Assembly (NCBI GenBank): GCA_943354905.1
Contig: CALRDL010000004.1
Coordinates: 1-58,495 of the forward strand
DNA length: 58,495 nt
Reading direction: 5' to 3'
Origin: Candidatus Nomurabacteria bacterium
Lineage (GTDB): Bacteria > Patescibacteriota > Minisyncoccia > Phycocordibacterales > UBA9973
Part shown: piece after piece, positions 39,444 through 48,381 of the stretch
Layout: each line of letters begins with the position of its first letter
Position numbering within the stretch: the first letter of the stretch is position 1
Translations under genes and position numbers: made by a program
The notes under the pieces: generated by a model
What the model saw: the letters and a program-made list of their open reading frames with translations, nothing else
Databases searched by the model: none
What the model was told of the DNA's origin: nothing

Positions 39444-39959
39444 CTACCACTTACTTGGCATTTGTATATCATAACAAAAATCAAAATCTTGAGAAAGATC
39501 CTGGTGATTTTTTAAAATATAAGGAATATTACGAACCCTAGAATTAGGATATATACCTACAATTTTTTTATTTTGATCAGCAACTACAATTATAGAGGAC
39601 TTTCCGGATTCAACTTCTTCCCCCATTAAACCGTAAGCATCGGCACCTACCTCTCCACTAACATTATCAGCAGATAACCAACCACCCATACAAGCAATCA
39701 ATACACCACTCATACCACAATCTTCAAGTGCACAGTAACTCATATACTTTTCCATAGCGTATACATAAAACTTATATTCCAAAGTGTACAGATGTTCATA
39801 CTCTACAACATTTTCTGAAACAATGGGAGCTTGATCTCCTAATTTTAATGGACCAAAAGATTTGACTGAACGTGGTGAAGAAAAAAATAAAACACAAACA
39901 AAAAATAATATGATAATGCATGTACTAACTATTATTTTTATAATATATTTTTTAGTCAT
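39444..39959 (-). CDS. membrane-anchored hypothetical protein
   Basis: N-terminal TM; C....C..SG....C.GGW motif; family not recognised. Confidence 0.55.
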   Translation of the reverse strand: MTKKYIIKIIVSTCIIILFFVCVLFFSSPRSVKSFGPLKLGDQAPIVSENVVEYEHLYTLEYKFYVYAMEKYMSYCALEDCGMSGVLIACMGGWLSADNVSGEVGADAYGLMGEEVESGKSSIIVVADQNKKIVGIYPNSRVRNIPYILKNHQDLSQDFDFCYDIQMPSKW

Positions 39960-40005
39960 TTTTAATCAACAAATTCAACACAAACAATGTGTGGATAAAC
40001 ATATT

Positions 40006-40956
40006 TTAATACACATCTACTCCTATTTTCTCTCTAACTTCTTTCATTTTAGCTGAGGCGACGGCTTTGGCGCGCTCGCCACCTGCGTTCAGGATGGCGA
40101 GCGCGCCGTCTATATCTTTCTCATATTCTTTCCTCTTTTCCCGCAGTGGCGCGATAAATTTTTCCAAATCTTCGATCAATAATTCTTTTAATTCTTTATA
40201 CTTACCTGCTTTTTCTTCATAAATTTTTTTTAATTCTTCTTCGGGGCGCAAAAGTTTGTGAATTGCAAAAACATTTTCTGGAATTCCTCCGCTTGAATCC
40301 GTGACAATACTCATCACCGATGATTTTATTTCTTCGTATTCTGCAAAAAGTGGAATAGTGTTTCCATAACTCTTGCTCATCTTGCGTCCGTCTGTACCCG
40401 GGACTACTGCGACTTCTTCCATAATCATTTCTTTTGGTAATTTAAAAGTCTGGCCAAATGTATTGTTGAATTTTTCGGCTGTATCTCGAGCGATTTCTAT
40501 GTGTTGTTTCTGGTCTTGTCCTACTGGCACTATATCAACATCATAGAGTAATATATCAGCAGCCATTAAAAGAGGATAATTAAAAAGTCCGACATTCATA
40601 TCTTTGCCATTATCTCTTGCATCTTTGTAAGCAACAGAACGCTCTAGATAAGCCATAGGGGTTATAGTATCGAAAATCCATGCGAGTTCTGTATGCTCTG
40701 ATACATCAGACTGCTTGAATACAATAGATTTTTTAGGGTCAAGACCTAATGCTAAATAATCAATCAAAACAGCAATGATGTTTTCTTTCATGATTTTAGA
40801 ATTTTTTAAGGAGGTCATGGCATGATAGTCGACAATCATAAAATAAACGTCGTTATCATTTTGTTGGCTTATAAGCTGTTTCATCATTCCGAAATAATTC
40901 CCGATATGGGGTTTACCGGACGGCTGAATACCAGATAATAAGACTTTTTTAGACAT
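40006..40956 (-). CDS. trpS: tryptophan--tRNA ligase
   Basis: SGIQPSG.PHIGNY, YPLLMAADILLY, VPVGQDQKQH.E, KMSKS. Confidence 0.96.
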   Translation of the reverse strand: MSKKVLLSGIQPSGKPHIGNYFGMMKQLISQQNDNDVYFMIVDYHAMTSLKNSKIMKENIIAVLIDYLALGLDPKKSIVFKQSDVSEHTELAWIFDTITPMAYLERSVAYKDARDNGKDMNVGLFNYPLLMAADILLYDVDIVPVGQDQKQHIEIARDTAEKFNNTFGQTFKLPKEMIMEEVAVVPGTDGRKMSKSYGNTIPLFAEYEEIKSSVMSIVTDSSGGIPENVFAIHKLLRPEEELKKIYEEKAGKYKELKELLIEDLEKFIAPLREKRKEYEKDIDGALAILNAGGERAKAVASAKMKEVREKIGVDVY

Positions 40957-41056
40957 ATTTATATATTATCATAATAAATTTTTATATCCACACATTACCC
41001 ACATCATTACACACTTTTTAACTTTTCTAAAATTTTGACTGTGCTAGAATAACTGA

Positions 41057-42460
41057 ATGGTAAAGAATATAAAAAGTTTCAAATCTGCAAATATTCGCAT
41101 TCCTCCACAAAGCATACCCTCCGAACAAGCGGTCTTGGGTTCTATTATGCTCCGCAAAGATGCTATGCACGAAGTCGAAGACATGGTAACTCCGGATTCT
41201 TTTTATGTAGAAAAACATAAAATAATTTTTCAAGCGATGCTCGACCTTGGAAATAAAAATGAACCGATAGATATGCTTTCTCTTTCTACGAAACTTGGAG
41301 AAAGAAAACTTTTAGAACAAATCGGAGGCAATCAATACTTGGCAGAGATAGTAAATACTGTCCCTTCGAGTACAAACGTAAAACACTATGCAGATATTGT
41401 TCAAAAAAAATATGTCTTGCGTGGACTAATCGAAGCGGCTGATTATATTTCCGAACTTGCTTTCGAGGAAGGCGATGACCATATGGATGACATTCTCGAC
41501 ATGGCCGAGAAGAAAGTTTTTAGCGTAGTCTCTTCTCCAAAGAATCAAAAATTTGTAAATTTAAAAGATGCTCTACCTGAAGCCTATGAAAGACTAGAGA
41601 AACTTCATGAAAATAAAGGTATGATCCGCGGACTACCGACTGGTTTTCGAGATTTGGACACTATGCTTTCTGGTTTACAAAATTCTGATTTAATAATTCT
41701 GGCAGCTCGTCCATCTATGGGTAAAACCACTCTGGCTTTAGATATAGCTCGTATGGCTGGAGTAAAACATGAGAAATCTATTTTAATATTTTCCCTAGAA
41801 ATGTCTTCTCAACAACTCGTAGACCGTATGCTCTCTGCTGAGAGTCGAGTTAATGCTTGGAATCTCCGCACTGGGAACCTTTCTTCGGATCGAGAATTTT
41901 CTCAACTTCGCGATTCTCTCGGTAAACTCGCCAAAGCAAAAATCTACATAGATGATACTCCTGGAAATTCTATAGTTCGTATGAAAGCTTTGGCTCGTAG
42001 AATAAAAGCTGAGAAATCTTTAGATTTGATCGTCGTCGACTATTTACAATTAATGACGACTTCTAAAAATTATGATTCGATGGTGAATCAAGTTACTGAA
42101 ATCTCTAGATCTTTAAAAGGTCTCGCCAAAGAACTCGATGTACCCGTCCTTGCCCTTTCCCAGCTCTCTCGTAATGTTGAATCTCGTGGTGGCAAACCTC
42201 GCCTGTCTGACCTCCGTGACTCTGGATCTATCGAACAAGATGCCGACGTGGTTATGTTCATCCATAGTGAAGATAAAGGAAAAGAAGAATCTGATAAAAC
42301 AAATATAGTTGAAATATTGATCGAAAAACACCGAAATGGACCGACTGGAAAAGTCGAACTTTATTTTGATCTCAAAACTACGACCTTTCTTAATCTTGAA
42401 AAAAGTAATTTGAGTGAATTTTCCGCAGCGAAGGTAAGTAGTGACTTAGATGAGTTCTAA
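41057..42460 (+). CDS. dnaB: replicative DNA helicase
   Basis: AARPSMGKT, FSLEM, VDYLQL, LSQLSR, DLRDSGSIEQDAD, KHRNGPTG. Confidence 0.97.
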   Translation: MVKNIKSFKSANIRIPPQSIPSEQAVLGSIMLRKDAMHEVEDMVTPDSFYVEKHKIIFQAMLDLGNKNEPIDMLSLSTKLGERKLLEQIGGNQYLAEIVNTVPSSTNVKHYADIVQKKYVLRGLIEAADYISELAFEEGDDHMDDILDMAEKKVFSVVSSPKNQKFVNLKDALPEAYERLEKLHENKGMIRGLPTGFRDLDTMLSGLQNSDLIILAARPSMGKTTLALDIARMAGVKHEKSILIFSLEMSSQQLVDRMLSAESRVNAWNLRTGNLSSDREFSQLRDSLGKLAKAKIYIDDTPGNSIVRMKALARRIKAEKSLDLIVVDYLQLMTTSKNYDSMVNQVTEISRSLKGLAKELDVPVLALSQLSRNVESRGGKPRLSDLRDSGSIEQDADVVMFIHSEDKGKEESDKTNIVEILIEKHRNGPTGKVELYFDLKTTTFLNLEKSNLSEFSAAKVSSDLDEF

Positions 42461-42463
42461 AAT

Positions 42464-42529
42464 GAATTACGAATTAAAAATTAGGAATTACGAATTGGGA
42501 TTAAAATTGATAATTCGTAATTTGAAATT
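42464..42529. repeat. heptamer tandem repeats with inverted counterpart
   Basis: GAATTAC GAATTAA AAATTAG GAATTAC GAATTGG ... AATTCGT AATTTGA AATT. Confidence 0.55.
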
Positions 42530-42543
42530 AATAATTGAATACA

Positions 42544-43170
42544 ATGGATATAATAGATAAATTATCTGAAGTTTTTAAAGAATTCCCTGGGATAGGAGAA
42601 AGACAAGCTAAGCGTTTTGTTTATTTTTTAATGTCTAAAAACGGAAGTTATGCAGAAAATTTGTCTCTGCTTATTTCTGATTTAAAAAAAGAAGTAGCAC
42701 AATGTGGAGAATGTTTTAGATTTTTCATTGTGAAAAATGGTAAAAATAATCTATGTGATATTTGTGCCAATACAAATACAGACACCTCTACTCTCATGGT
42801 CGTTGAGAAAGATTCTGATTTAGAGTCAGTTAAAAAAAGTCGAGTTTATAATGGGAAATATTTTGTTTTGGGTGGGCTCGTACCAATCGTCGAGAAAACT
42901 ACAAAAAGTCGAGTCCGGATTGAAGAATTAAAAAAGAAAATAGGATCTCCCCAGAAGAAAGTCTTCGGGGAATTATGTGAAATTATTCTCGCCTTCTCAC
43001 TCAACCCTCAAGGCAACCACACAGACGAGTACGTTCGTGAACAATTAAATGATTTAGCTCAAAAAAATAATATAAAAATATCTTCTCTTGGTCGTGGCCT
43101 CTCCACCGGCACCGAACTCGAATATTCTGACAACGAAACTTTAAAAAATGCGCTGAAGAATAGACAATAA
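42544..43170 (+). CDS. recR: recombination protein RecR
   Basis: PGIG.RQA.R, CxxC...CxxC, VVEK..D, YFVLGG, GTELEYSD..TL..AL..R. Confidence 0.93.
   Translation: MDIIDKLSEVFKEFPGIGERQAKRFVYFLMSKNGSYAENLSLLISDLKKEVAQCGECFRFFIVKNGKNNLCDICANTNTDTSTLMVVEKDSDLESVKKSRVYNGKYFVLGGLVPIVEKTTKSRVRIEELKKKIGSPQKKVFGELCEIILAFSLNPQGNHTDEYVREQLNDLAQKNNIKISSLGRGLSTGTELEYSDNETLKNALKNRQ
42949..42970. repeat. hairpin CCCCAGAAGAAAGTCTTCGGGG inside recR
   Basis: Reverse-complement of the 26711..26731 element with one extra A. Confidence 0.7.
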
Positions 43171-43213
43171 AAAAAACCTTTGGGTTTGTGGTTTTGTATG
43201 TTACAATACTTGC

Positions 43214-43609
43214 ATGGATCAGGATGCAATTGTTAAATACTGGATAGATGCTTCTGAGGGTGATTTTGAATTATCACAAAATCTTTTTGAAAATAAAAGA
43301 TTTTCTTACTGCCTTTTCTTTGTTCATCTTTCTATTGAAAAATTATTGAAGGGCATAATTGTCAACAAAACATCAAACTCTGCCCCTTATGAACACAATC
43401 TTGTTCGTTTAGCTGAAGCAACAGGTATTAAATATTCAGAGGAACAGCTCGATATGCTGGCAGATATCACAACTTTCAATATCAAAGCTCGATATGATGA
43501 TTACAAAAATCAGTTTTATAAAATAGCCACTGAAGAATATACAAAAAAGTATTTATTACAAGCTGAAGAATTTATATTATGGTTAAAAAGATACTTGGAG
43601 AAGATATAA
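43214..43609 (+). CDS. HEPN domain protein (putative toxin)
   Basis: YW...SE.D...A/S, F..H...EK.LK, HNL..L, ARY. Confidence 0.88.
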   Translation: MDQDAIVKYWIDASEGDFELSQNLFENKRFSYCLFFVHLSIEKLLKGIIVNKTSNSAPYEHNLVRLAEATGIKYSEEQLDMLADITTFNIKARYDDYKNQFYKIATEEYTKKYLLQAEEFILWLKRYLEKI

Positions 43610-43902
43610 TAAGATTGACTAAATCATTTAGATCGTCACTTGAAAATGATAACATTGAAATTGATTCAATGATTGTTTTTGGTTCTCAGGCAAAAGGAAA
43701 TTCTCGACCAGGAAGTGATATAGACATTTGTGTGGTATCACCTTCTTTTGGAAGTAATGATACCGAAGAAATGCAGATGTTATTTAAAAAAGCTAGACGC
43801 ATTGATTCACGAATTGAGCCTTACCCAATGAACCCAAAAAACTTATCAGAAACTAATAATCCGATAGTTGGCGAAATTCTGCGATGGGGCGTGCTTGTAT
43901 AA
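43579..43902 (+). CDS. minimal nucleotidyltransferase (putative antitoxin)
   Basis: VFGSQAKG....GSDIDICVVS; overlaps the HEPN gene. Confidence 0.88.
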   Translation: MVKKILGEDIIRLTKSFRSSLENDNIEIDSMIVFGSQAKGNSRPGSDIDICVVSPSFGSNDTEEMQMLFKKARRIDSRIEPYPMNPKNLSETNNPIVGEILRWGVLV

Positions 43903-43914
43903 ATCTCTGCACCG

Positions 43915-43941
43915 TCTCCATCAGCACCGAACTCGAATATT
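43915..43941 (+). repeat. 27-bp direct repeat of a recR 3' segment (43100..43126)
   Basis: TCTCCATCAGCACCGAACTCGAATATT vs TCTCCACCGGCACCGAACTCGAATATT, 2 mismatches. Confidence 0.8.
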
Positions 43942-43980
43942 ATTTTTTTTCTTCTACTTATAGGATCTTCTTCCATCTTT

Positions 43981-44334
43981 TTATTTTATAGAAATTATCT
44001 TCACTTGAAAGAAAGGCTGACGGTGGCCGTTGCGTTTTAGGTAACGAGATTTTTGTTTGTATTTTACTACGAGGATTTTTCGAGCACGGCCAATCTCTAC
44101 TATTTCCGCATCTACTTTTGCGCCTGTGATGTATGGTGTACCTATAGTCGTATCTTTGCCATCATCTACCAAGAGAACTTTATCAAAAGAAATTTTGTCG
44201 CCTTTTTTGTATTCAACTCCTTTAGTGTTTATTTTTTCAATAGAAACAAAGCTCCCCGCGGAAACCTTGTATTGTTTTCCACCTGTATTTATAACTGCAA
44301 ATTCAGATTTGTCTGCCTTTTTCTCTTTTTTCAT
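43981..44334 (-). CDS. rplU: 50S ribosomal protein L21
   Basis: FAVINTGGKQYKV, IGTPYI.GAKV, GHRQPF; ATG 44334 preferred. Confidence 0.95.
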   Translation of the reverse strand: MKKEKKADKSEFAVINTGGKQYKVSAGSFVSIEKINTKGVEYKKGDKISFDKVLLVDDGKDTTIGTPYITGAKVDAEIVEIGRARKILVVKYKQKSRYLKRNGHRQPFFQVKIISIK

Positions 44335-44394
44335 ATTAAGTCTTATATTATATGATATTTCACAAAAAAGCAAATATTTGCTACAATTAACCCC

Positions 44395-45405
44395 ATGCAA
44401 ACAAAAATTATAGAAAAGTACTTTTTCTTTGGTCTATTACTAGCCACTTTTATCTTTACTTTTTTTATCTTTCGTCCATTTTGGATAGTTCTAGTCCTTG
44501 GTGTTTCTTTTGCAATAATTCTGCATCCGTTACATCTCTGGCTTAATAAAAAATACATACCAAATTGGATTTCGGCTTTTTTGACTGTTTGTATTTTTAC
44601 TATCGTTTTATGCGGTCCTATTCTAGGAACAGGAATACTTATCTTTAAACAAAGTCAAAATGTCTATAATTCTGTAGTAAGCGATGGAAATACAGAACCA
44701 ATTTTGGCGACAATAGGAAATTCCATCAATCAATTTCTTCCAGAAGGAATTGATTTTGATATAAACAAAAAAACAACTGATTTTATCTCGTATATCTCTA
44801 GTAACATTGCCAACATATTCAGTACCACAGTCTCGGCATTTTTCTCTTTCATCTTAATGCTTTTAATTATTTTTTATTTCTTGAAAGATGGAGAAAAATG
44901 GAAAAATTCTCTGGTTATTTTTAGCCCACTTGAAGATAAAGATGACCACAAGATAATCAGCGGACTCGACAATGCCGTAAATGCCGTAATAAAAGGTTCT
45001 TTATTTATTGCTTTTGTCCAAGGAACGCTCATGGGTTTTGGTCTCTGGCTTTTTAATGTTCCAAATCCCGCACTCTGGGGGCTGGTCGCCGCTGTCTGTT
45101 CCCTGCTTCCCACTATCGGTACAGCGATGGTCTCTATACCAGCTATCATTTTCCTATTTTTTAAAGGAGACACTACTTCAGCTATAGGTCTCTTGTTCTG
45201 GGCATTTTTGTTGGTAGGCATGATCGACAATTTCTTGAGCCCCATGATCGTAGGAAAAAAAACAAATATCTCTCCGCTTCTAGTTTTGTTTTCAGTCTTG
45301 GGAGGAATTTCTTTCCTTGGGCCTGTCGGTATCCTAATCGGTCCACTTTCAGTAAGTTTACTCTATACCCTCTTTCTCATTTACCGCAATGAATTCCGAC
45401 AATAA
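44395..45405 (+). CDS. AI-2E family transporter
   Basis: FYFLKDG, QG.L.G.G, LLPTIG, DNFL.P, GG...LG..G..IGP. Confidence 0.9.
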   Translation: MQTKIIEKYFFFGLLLATFIFTFFIFRPFWIVLVLGVSFAIILHPLHLWLNKKYIPNWISAFLTVCIFTIVLCGPILGTGILIFKQSQNVYNSVVSDGNTEPILATIGNSINQFLPEGIDFDINKKTTDFISYISSNIANIFSTTVSAFFSFILMLLIIFYFLKDGEKWKNSLVIFSPLEDKDDHKIISGLDNAVNAVIKGSLFIAFVQGTLMGFGLWLFNVPNPALWGLVAAVCSLLPTIGTAMVSIPAIIFLFFKGDTTSAIGLLFWAFLLVGMIDNFLSPMIVGKKTNISPLLVLFSVLGGISFLGPVGILIGPLSVSLLYTLFLIYRNEFRQ

Positions 45406-46816
45406 AAATCATAAAAAAATATATTTTTTTAACACTCTCACTCGGAAAAAGGAAGAGTTTATTCCTATTGATCCAAATGAAATAAAAATGTATTCTTGTG
45501 GCCCGACGGTAAACAATTATGCTCATATAGGCAATCTGCGTGCCTATGTTTTTGCTGACATCCTTCAAAAAACTTTAGAATATTCTAGTTATGAAGTAAA
45601 ACGAGTTATGAATATAACTGATATCGGAATTCTCTCGAGTGATGCAGACACAGGGGAAGACAAGATGACTGCTGCCCTAGTGCGGGAAGGAAAAGAATTG
45701 ACCCTAAAAAATATGCGTGAACTCGCCGAGTTTTATACAGAAAAATTTAAAGAAGACTTGGTTAAACTAAATATAACTATACCCAGCAACATATATTTCG
45801 CGAGTGATTATATCAAAGAAGATGTAGAACTCGTACGAAAGTTAGAAGAAAAGGGATTTACATATACCACATCTGATGGTATTTATTTTGATACTTCTAA
45901 GGTGTCAGACTATGGAGCACTTACCGGAGGGAAAACTATTCGAGATGAGAGTCATATTCGAATTGCAGAAAATAAAGAAAAGAAAAATGGCGAAGACTTT
46001 GCCTTATGGAAATTTAATAAAGAATTAGGATACGAATCTCCTTGGGGTCGTGGTTTTCCCGGCTGGCATATAGAATGTTCAGCTATAGGTTTAAAATTTC
46101 TTGGAGAACAATTTGATATTCACACAGGAGGAATAGATCTCATTCCTACTCACCATACAAATGAGATAGCTCAGTCAGAAAGTGCTACAAGTAAAAAACC
46201 TTTTGTAAAATTTTGGCTACATAGCGACCACATCGATGTCGGTGGATTAAAAATGGCGAAATCTACAGGAAATTTTTTGAAACTTGAAAGCATTGTGAAT
46301 AAAAATATAAATCCTCTTGCTTATCGTTTTTGGCTCTTGATGGGTCATTATCGTACCAAATTAAATTTTAATTGGGACGCCCTAGAAGCATCAGAAACAG
46401 GTCTAAAAAGGATACAAAATATATATTTGGGGCTTGGGAAGGATGTGGGCCTGCCTGCGCAGTCAGGAAATATAAGTCAAAAATATAAAGAAAAATTCCA
46501 AGAATTCTTAAATAATGATCTCGACACTCCAAAAGCTCTCACAGTATTATGGGATTTAATGAAAGACGAAAATATTTCACCTCCCGACAAAAAAGCTACA
46601 GTGCTGGATTTTGACAAAGTGCTTGGACTCGGTTTTATTGATTTAAAAGAAGAAAAAATTGATGTTCAGGAAGAAGTCTTGAAATTAGTAGAAAAACGCA
46701 AAGATGCTCGTGATAATAAAGATTTTACAAAATCTGACGAACTAAGAAAACAAATAAATTCTTTTGGTTACGACGTTAAAGATACTTCAGAGGGACAAAA
46801 GATTTCTAAGATTTAA
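45389..46816 (+). CDS. cysS: cysteine--tRNA ligase
   Basis: CGPTV...HIGN, DFALWK, SPWGRG.PGWHIECS, HTGG.DL...HH.NE, KMAKS. Confidence 0.96.
   Translation: MNSDNKNHKKIYFFNTLTRKKEEFIPIDPNEIKMYSCGPTVNNYAHIGNLRAYVFADILQKTLEYSSYEVKRVMNITDIGILSSDADTGEDKMTAALVREGKELTLKNMRELAEFYTEKFKEDLVKLNITIPSNIYFASDYIKEDVELVRKLEEKGFTYTTSDGIYFDTSKVSDYGALTGGKTIRDESHIRIAENKEKKNGEDFALWKFNKELGYESPWGRGFPGWHIECSAIGLKFLGEQFDIHTGGIDLIPTHHTNEIAQSESATSKKPFVKFWLHSDHIDVGGLKMAKSTGNFLKLESIVNKNINPLAYRFWLLMGHYRTKLNFNWDALEASETGLKRIQNIYLGLGKDVGLPAQSGNISQKYKEKFQEFLNNDLDTPKALTVLWDLMKDENISPPDKKATVLDFDKVLGLGFIDLKEEKIDVQEEVLKLVEKRKDARDNKDFTKSDELRKQINSFGYDVKDTSEGQKISKI
46450..46467. repeat. 18-bp palindrome copy (1 mismatch), in frame in cysS
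   Basis: CCTGCCTGCGCAGTCAGG encoding LPAQSG. Confidence 0.85.
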
Positions 46817-47186
46817 AAAACTTTTTGCGATACAAAATCAAGACAAATACTAGATTCGCTAATACTAAATACACTCCGAAAGAATAAATCGTAAAAGACC
46901 AATCTTTTATGATAAGTAGACCTAGAGTATTACTAAATACACTAGCTATATAAATCCCATAATGTTCTGTTTCAGGAAATTTCCATCCTTTTACATATGT
47001 AGGAATAACAGAGAGCCCTGCTCCAGCTTTAATCTGAAAAAACACACCAAGAAATGGGCCTAGCAACCAAAGAACCCAAGAAACTAAATTCGGTCTTGTC
47101 TGTCCGTAAAAAATATCTTTAAAATAAAAAAAATATCCGATGAAACTAACCAAAACTGCAAGATAAATTATATTTTCTGGTAACAT
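46806..47186 (-). CDS. membrane hypothetical protein (possibly internally deleted)
   Basis: G.TRPN.VSW.LW and PT..K.WK.PETE motifs, hydrophobic. Confidence 0.5.
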   Translation of the reverse strand: MLPENIIYLAVLVSFIGYFFYFKDIFYGQTRPNLVSWVLWLLGPFLGVFFQIKAGAGLSVIPTYVKGWKFPETEHYGIYIASVFSNTLGLLIIKDWSFTIYSFGVYLVLANLVFVLILYRKKFFKS

Positions 47187-47188
47187 TT

Positions 47189-48313
47189 TTAAATCCCCTC
47201 TTTTTTAAGTTCTTCGACGAGCTCTCTTTCTTTGCGAGAAAGTTTATTTGGAAGTTTGATGTTGAGTTTTATAAGAAGGTCTCCGCGTTTACTTTTAGAG
47301 GTCGGCACGCCTTTGCCACGAACTCGCAAGATTTCATTGATACCGACGCCTTCCGGAATAGTGACTTCTATCTCTCCATCAAGAGTTTCTATTTTATGTT
47401 TCGTACCGAGTAATGCATCCGAAAGTTTCAAATTTAAAGTCATCAATAAGTCATTACCGTCACGCTTAAATATTGGATGCGGTGCCACATTTATTTTTAT
47501 ATATAAATCTCCGGTGGTGCCTTTGAAAATAGCTTCACCGTGTCCTGTCATCCGGACCATCTCTCCATCACGGACACCAGTCGGTATGACAATAGATATT
47601 TCTTCTTCACGTCGTAGAACACCTTTGCCTTTACACCTTTCACAAACCTCATGAGGAACTTCTCCACCACCAAGACAAGTCTCACATATTTTCGTACTAG
47701 AAATGTTCCCCAAGAATGATCTCTTTATTTCTCGAATCTGACCTTGACCATTACAAGTTTTACATTTCTCTATTTTGCTTCCCACTTTCGCTCCGGTAGC
47801 ATTACAAGTCAAACAAGTAGAAGTTTTTGTAATTAAAATCTTTCTTTCAATTCCAAAAATAGAGTCCGAAAAAGAAATCTGAATTTCTGTAGAAATATCT
47901 CGTCCACGCCTAGCTTGTCTTGAATTTCTTGTACCTCCACCACCCATACCACCACCAAAAAAATCACTGAAAATATCATTTAAATTTCCCATGTCAAAAC
48001 TTGAGCCAAAGTCTGCGCCACCTTGCTGAAAACCAGAAAAGTCAAAACCTTCAAAACCTCCCCTCGGGTCGCCATAGCCACCGGCGGAGGCACCACCCAT
48101 ATTTGCATAATTAGAACCAAATTGGTCGTATTTTGAGCGTTTTTGGTCATCAGAGAGGGTCTGATAGGCTTCATTTACCTCTTTAAATTTAGCCTCATTA
48201 CCTTCTTTTTTATCAGGGTGATATTTGTGGGCCAATTTATAAAAAGCCTTCTTGATTTCATCCTTCGAAGCACCCTTATTTACTCCCAGTGTTTCATAAT
48301 AATCTTTTGACAT
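47189..48313 (-). CDS. dnaJ: chaperone DnaJ
   Basis: J domain HPD, G/F region, four CxxCxGxG-type repeats, C-terminal domain. Confidence 0.96.
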   Translation of the reverse strand: MSKDYYETLGVNKGASKDEIKKAFYKLAHKYHPDKKEGNEAKFKEVNEAYQTLSDDQKRSKYDQFGSNYANMGGASAGGYGDPRGGFEGFDFSGFQQGGADFGSSFDMGNLNDIFSDFFGGGMGGGGTRNSRQARRGRDISTEIQISFSDSIFGIERKILITKTSTCLTCNATGAKVGSKIEKCKTCNGQGQIREIKRSFLGNISSTKICETCLGGGEVPHEVCERCKGKGVLRREEEISIVIPTGVRDGEMVRMTGHGEAIFKGTTGDLYIKINVAPHPIFKRDGNDLLMTLNLKLSDALLGTKHKIETLDGEIEVTIPEGVGINEILRVRGKGVPTSKSKRGDLLIKLNIKLPNKLSRKERELVEELKKEGI

Positions 48314-48381
48314 TATTTCATTATAGTTAAATTTTAGTTTGAGTCAATAAATACGTAAAAAATCTTATTTTAGATTAAATA

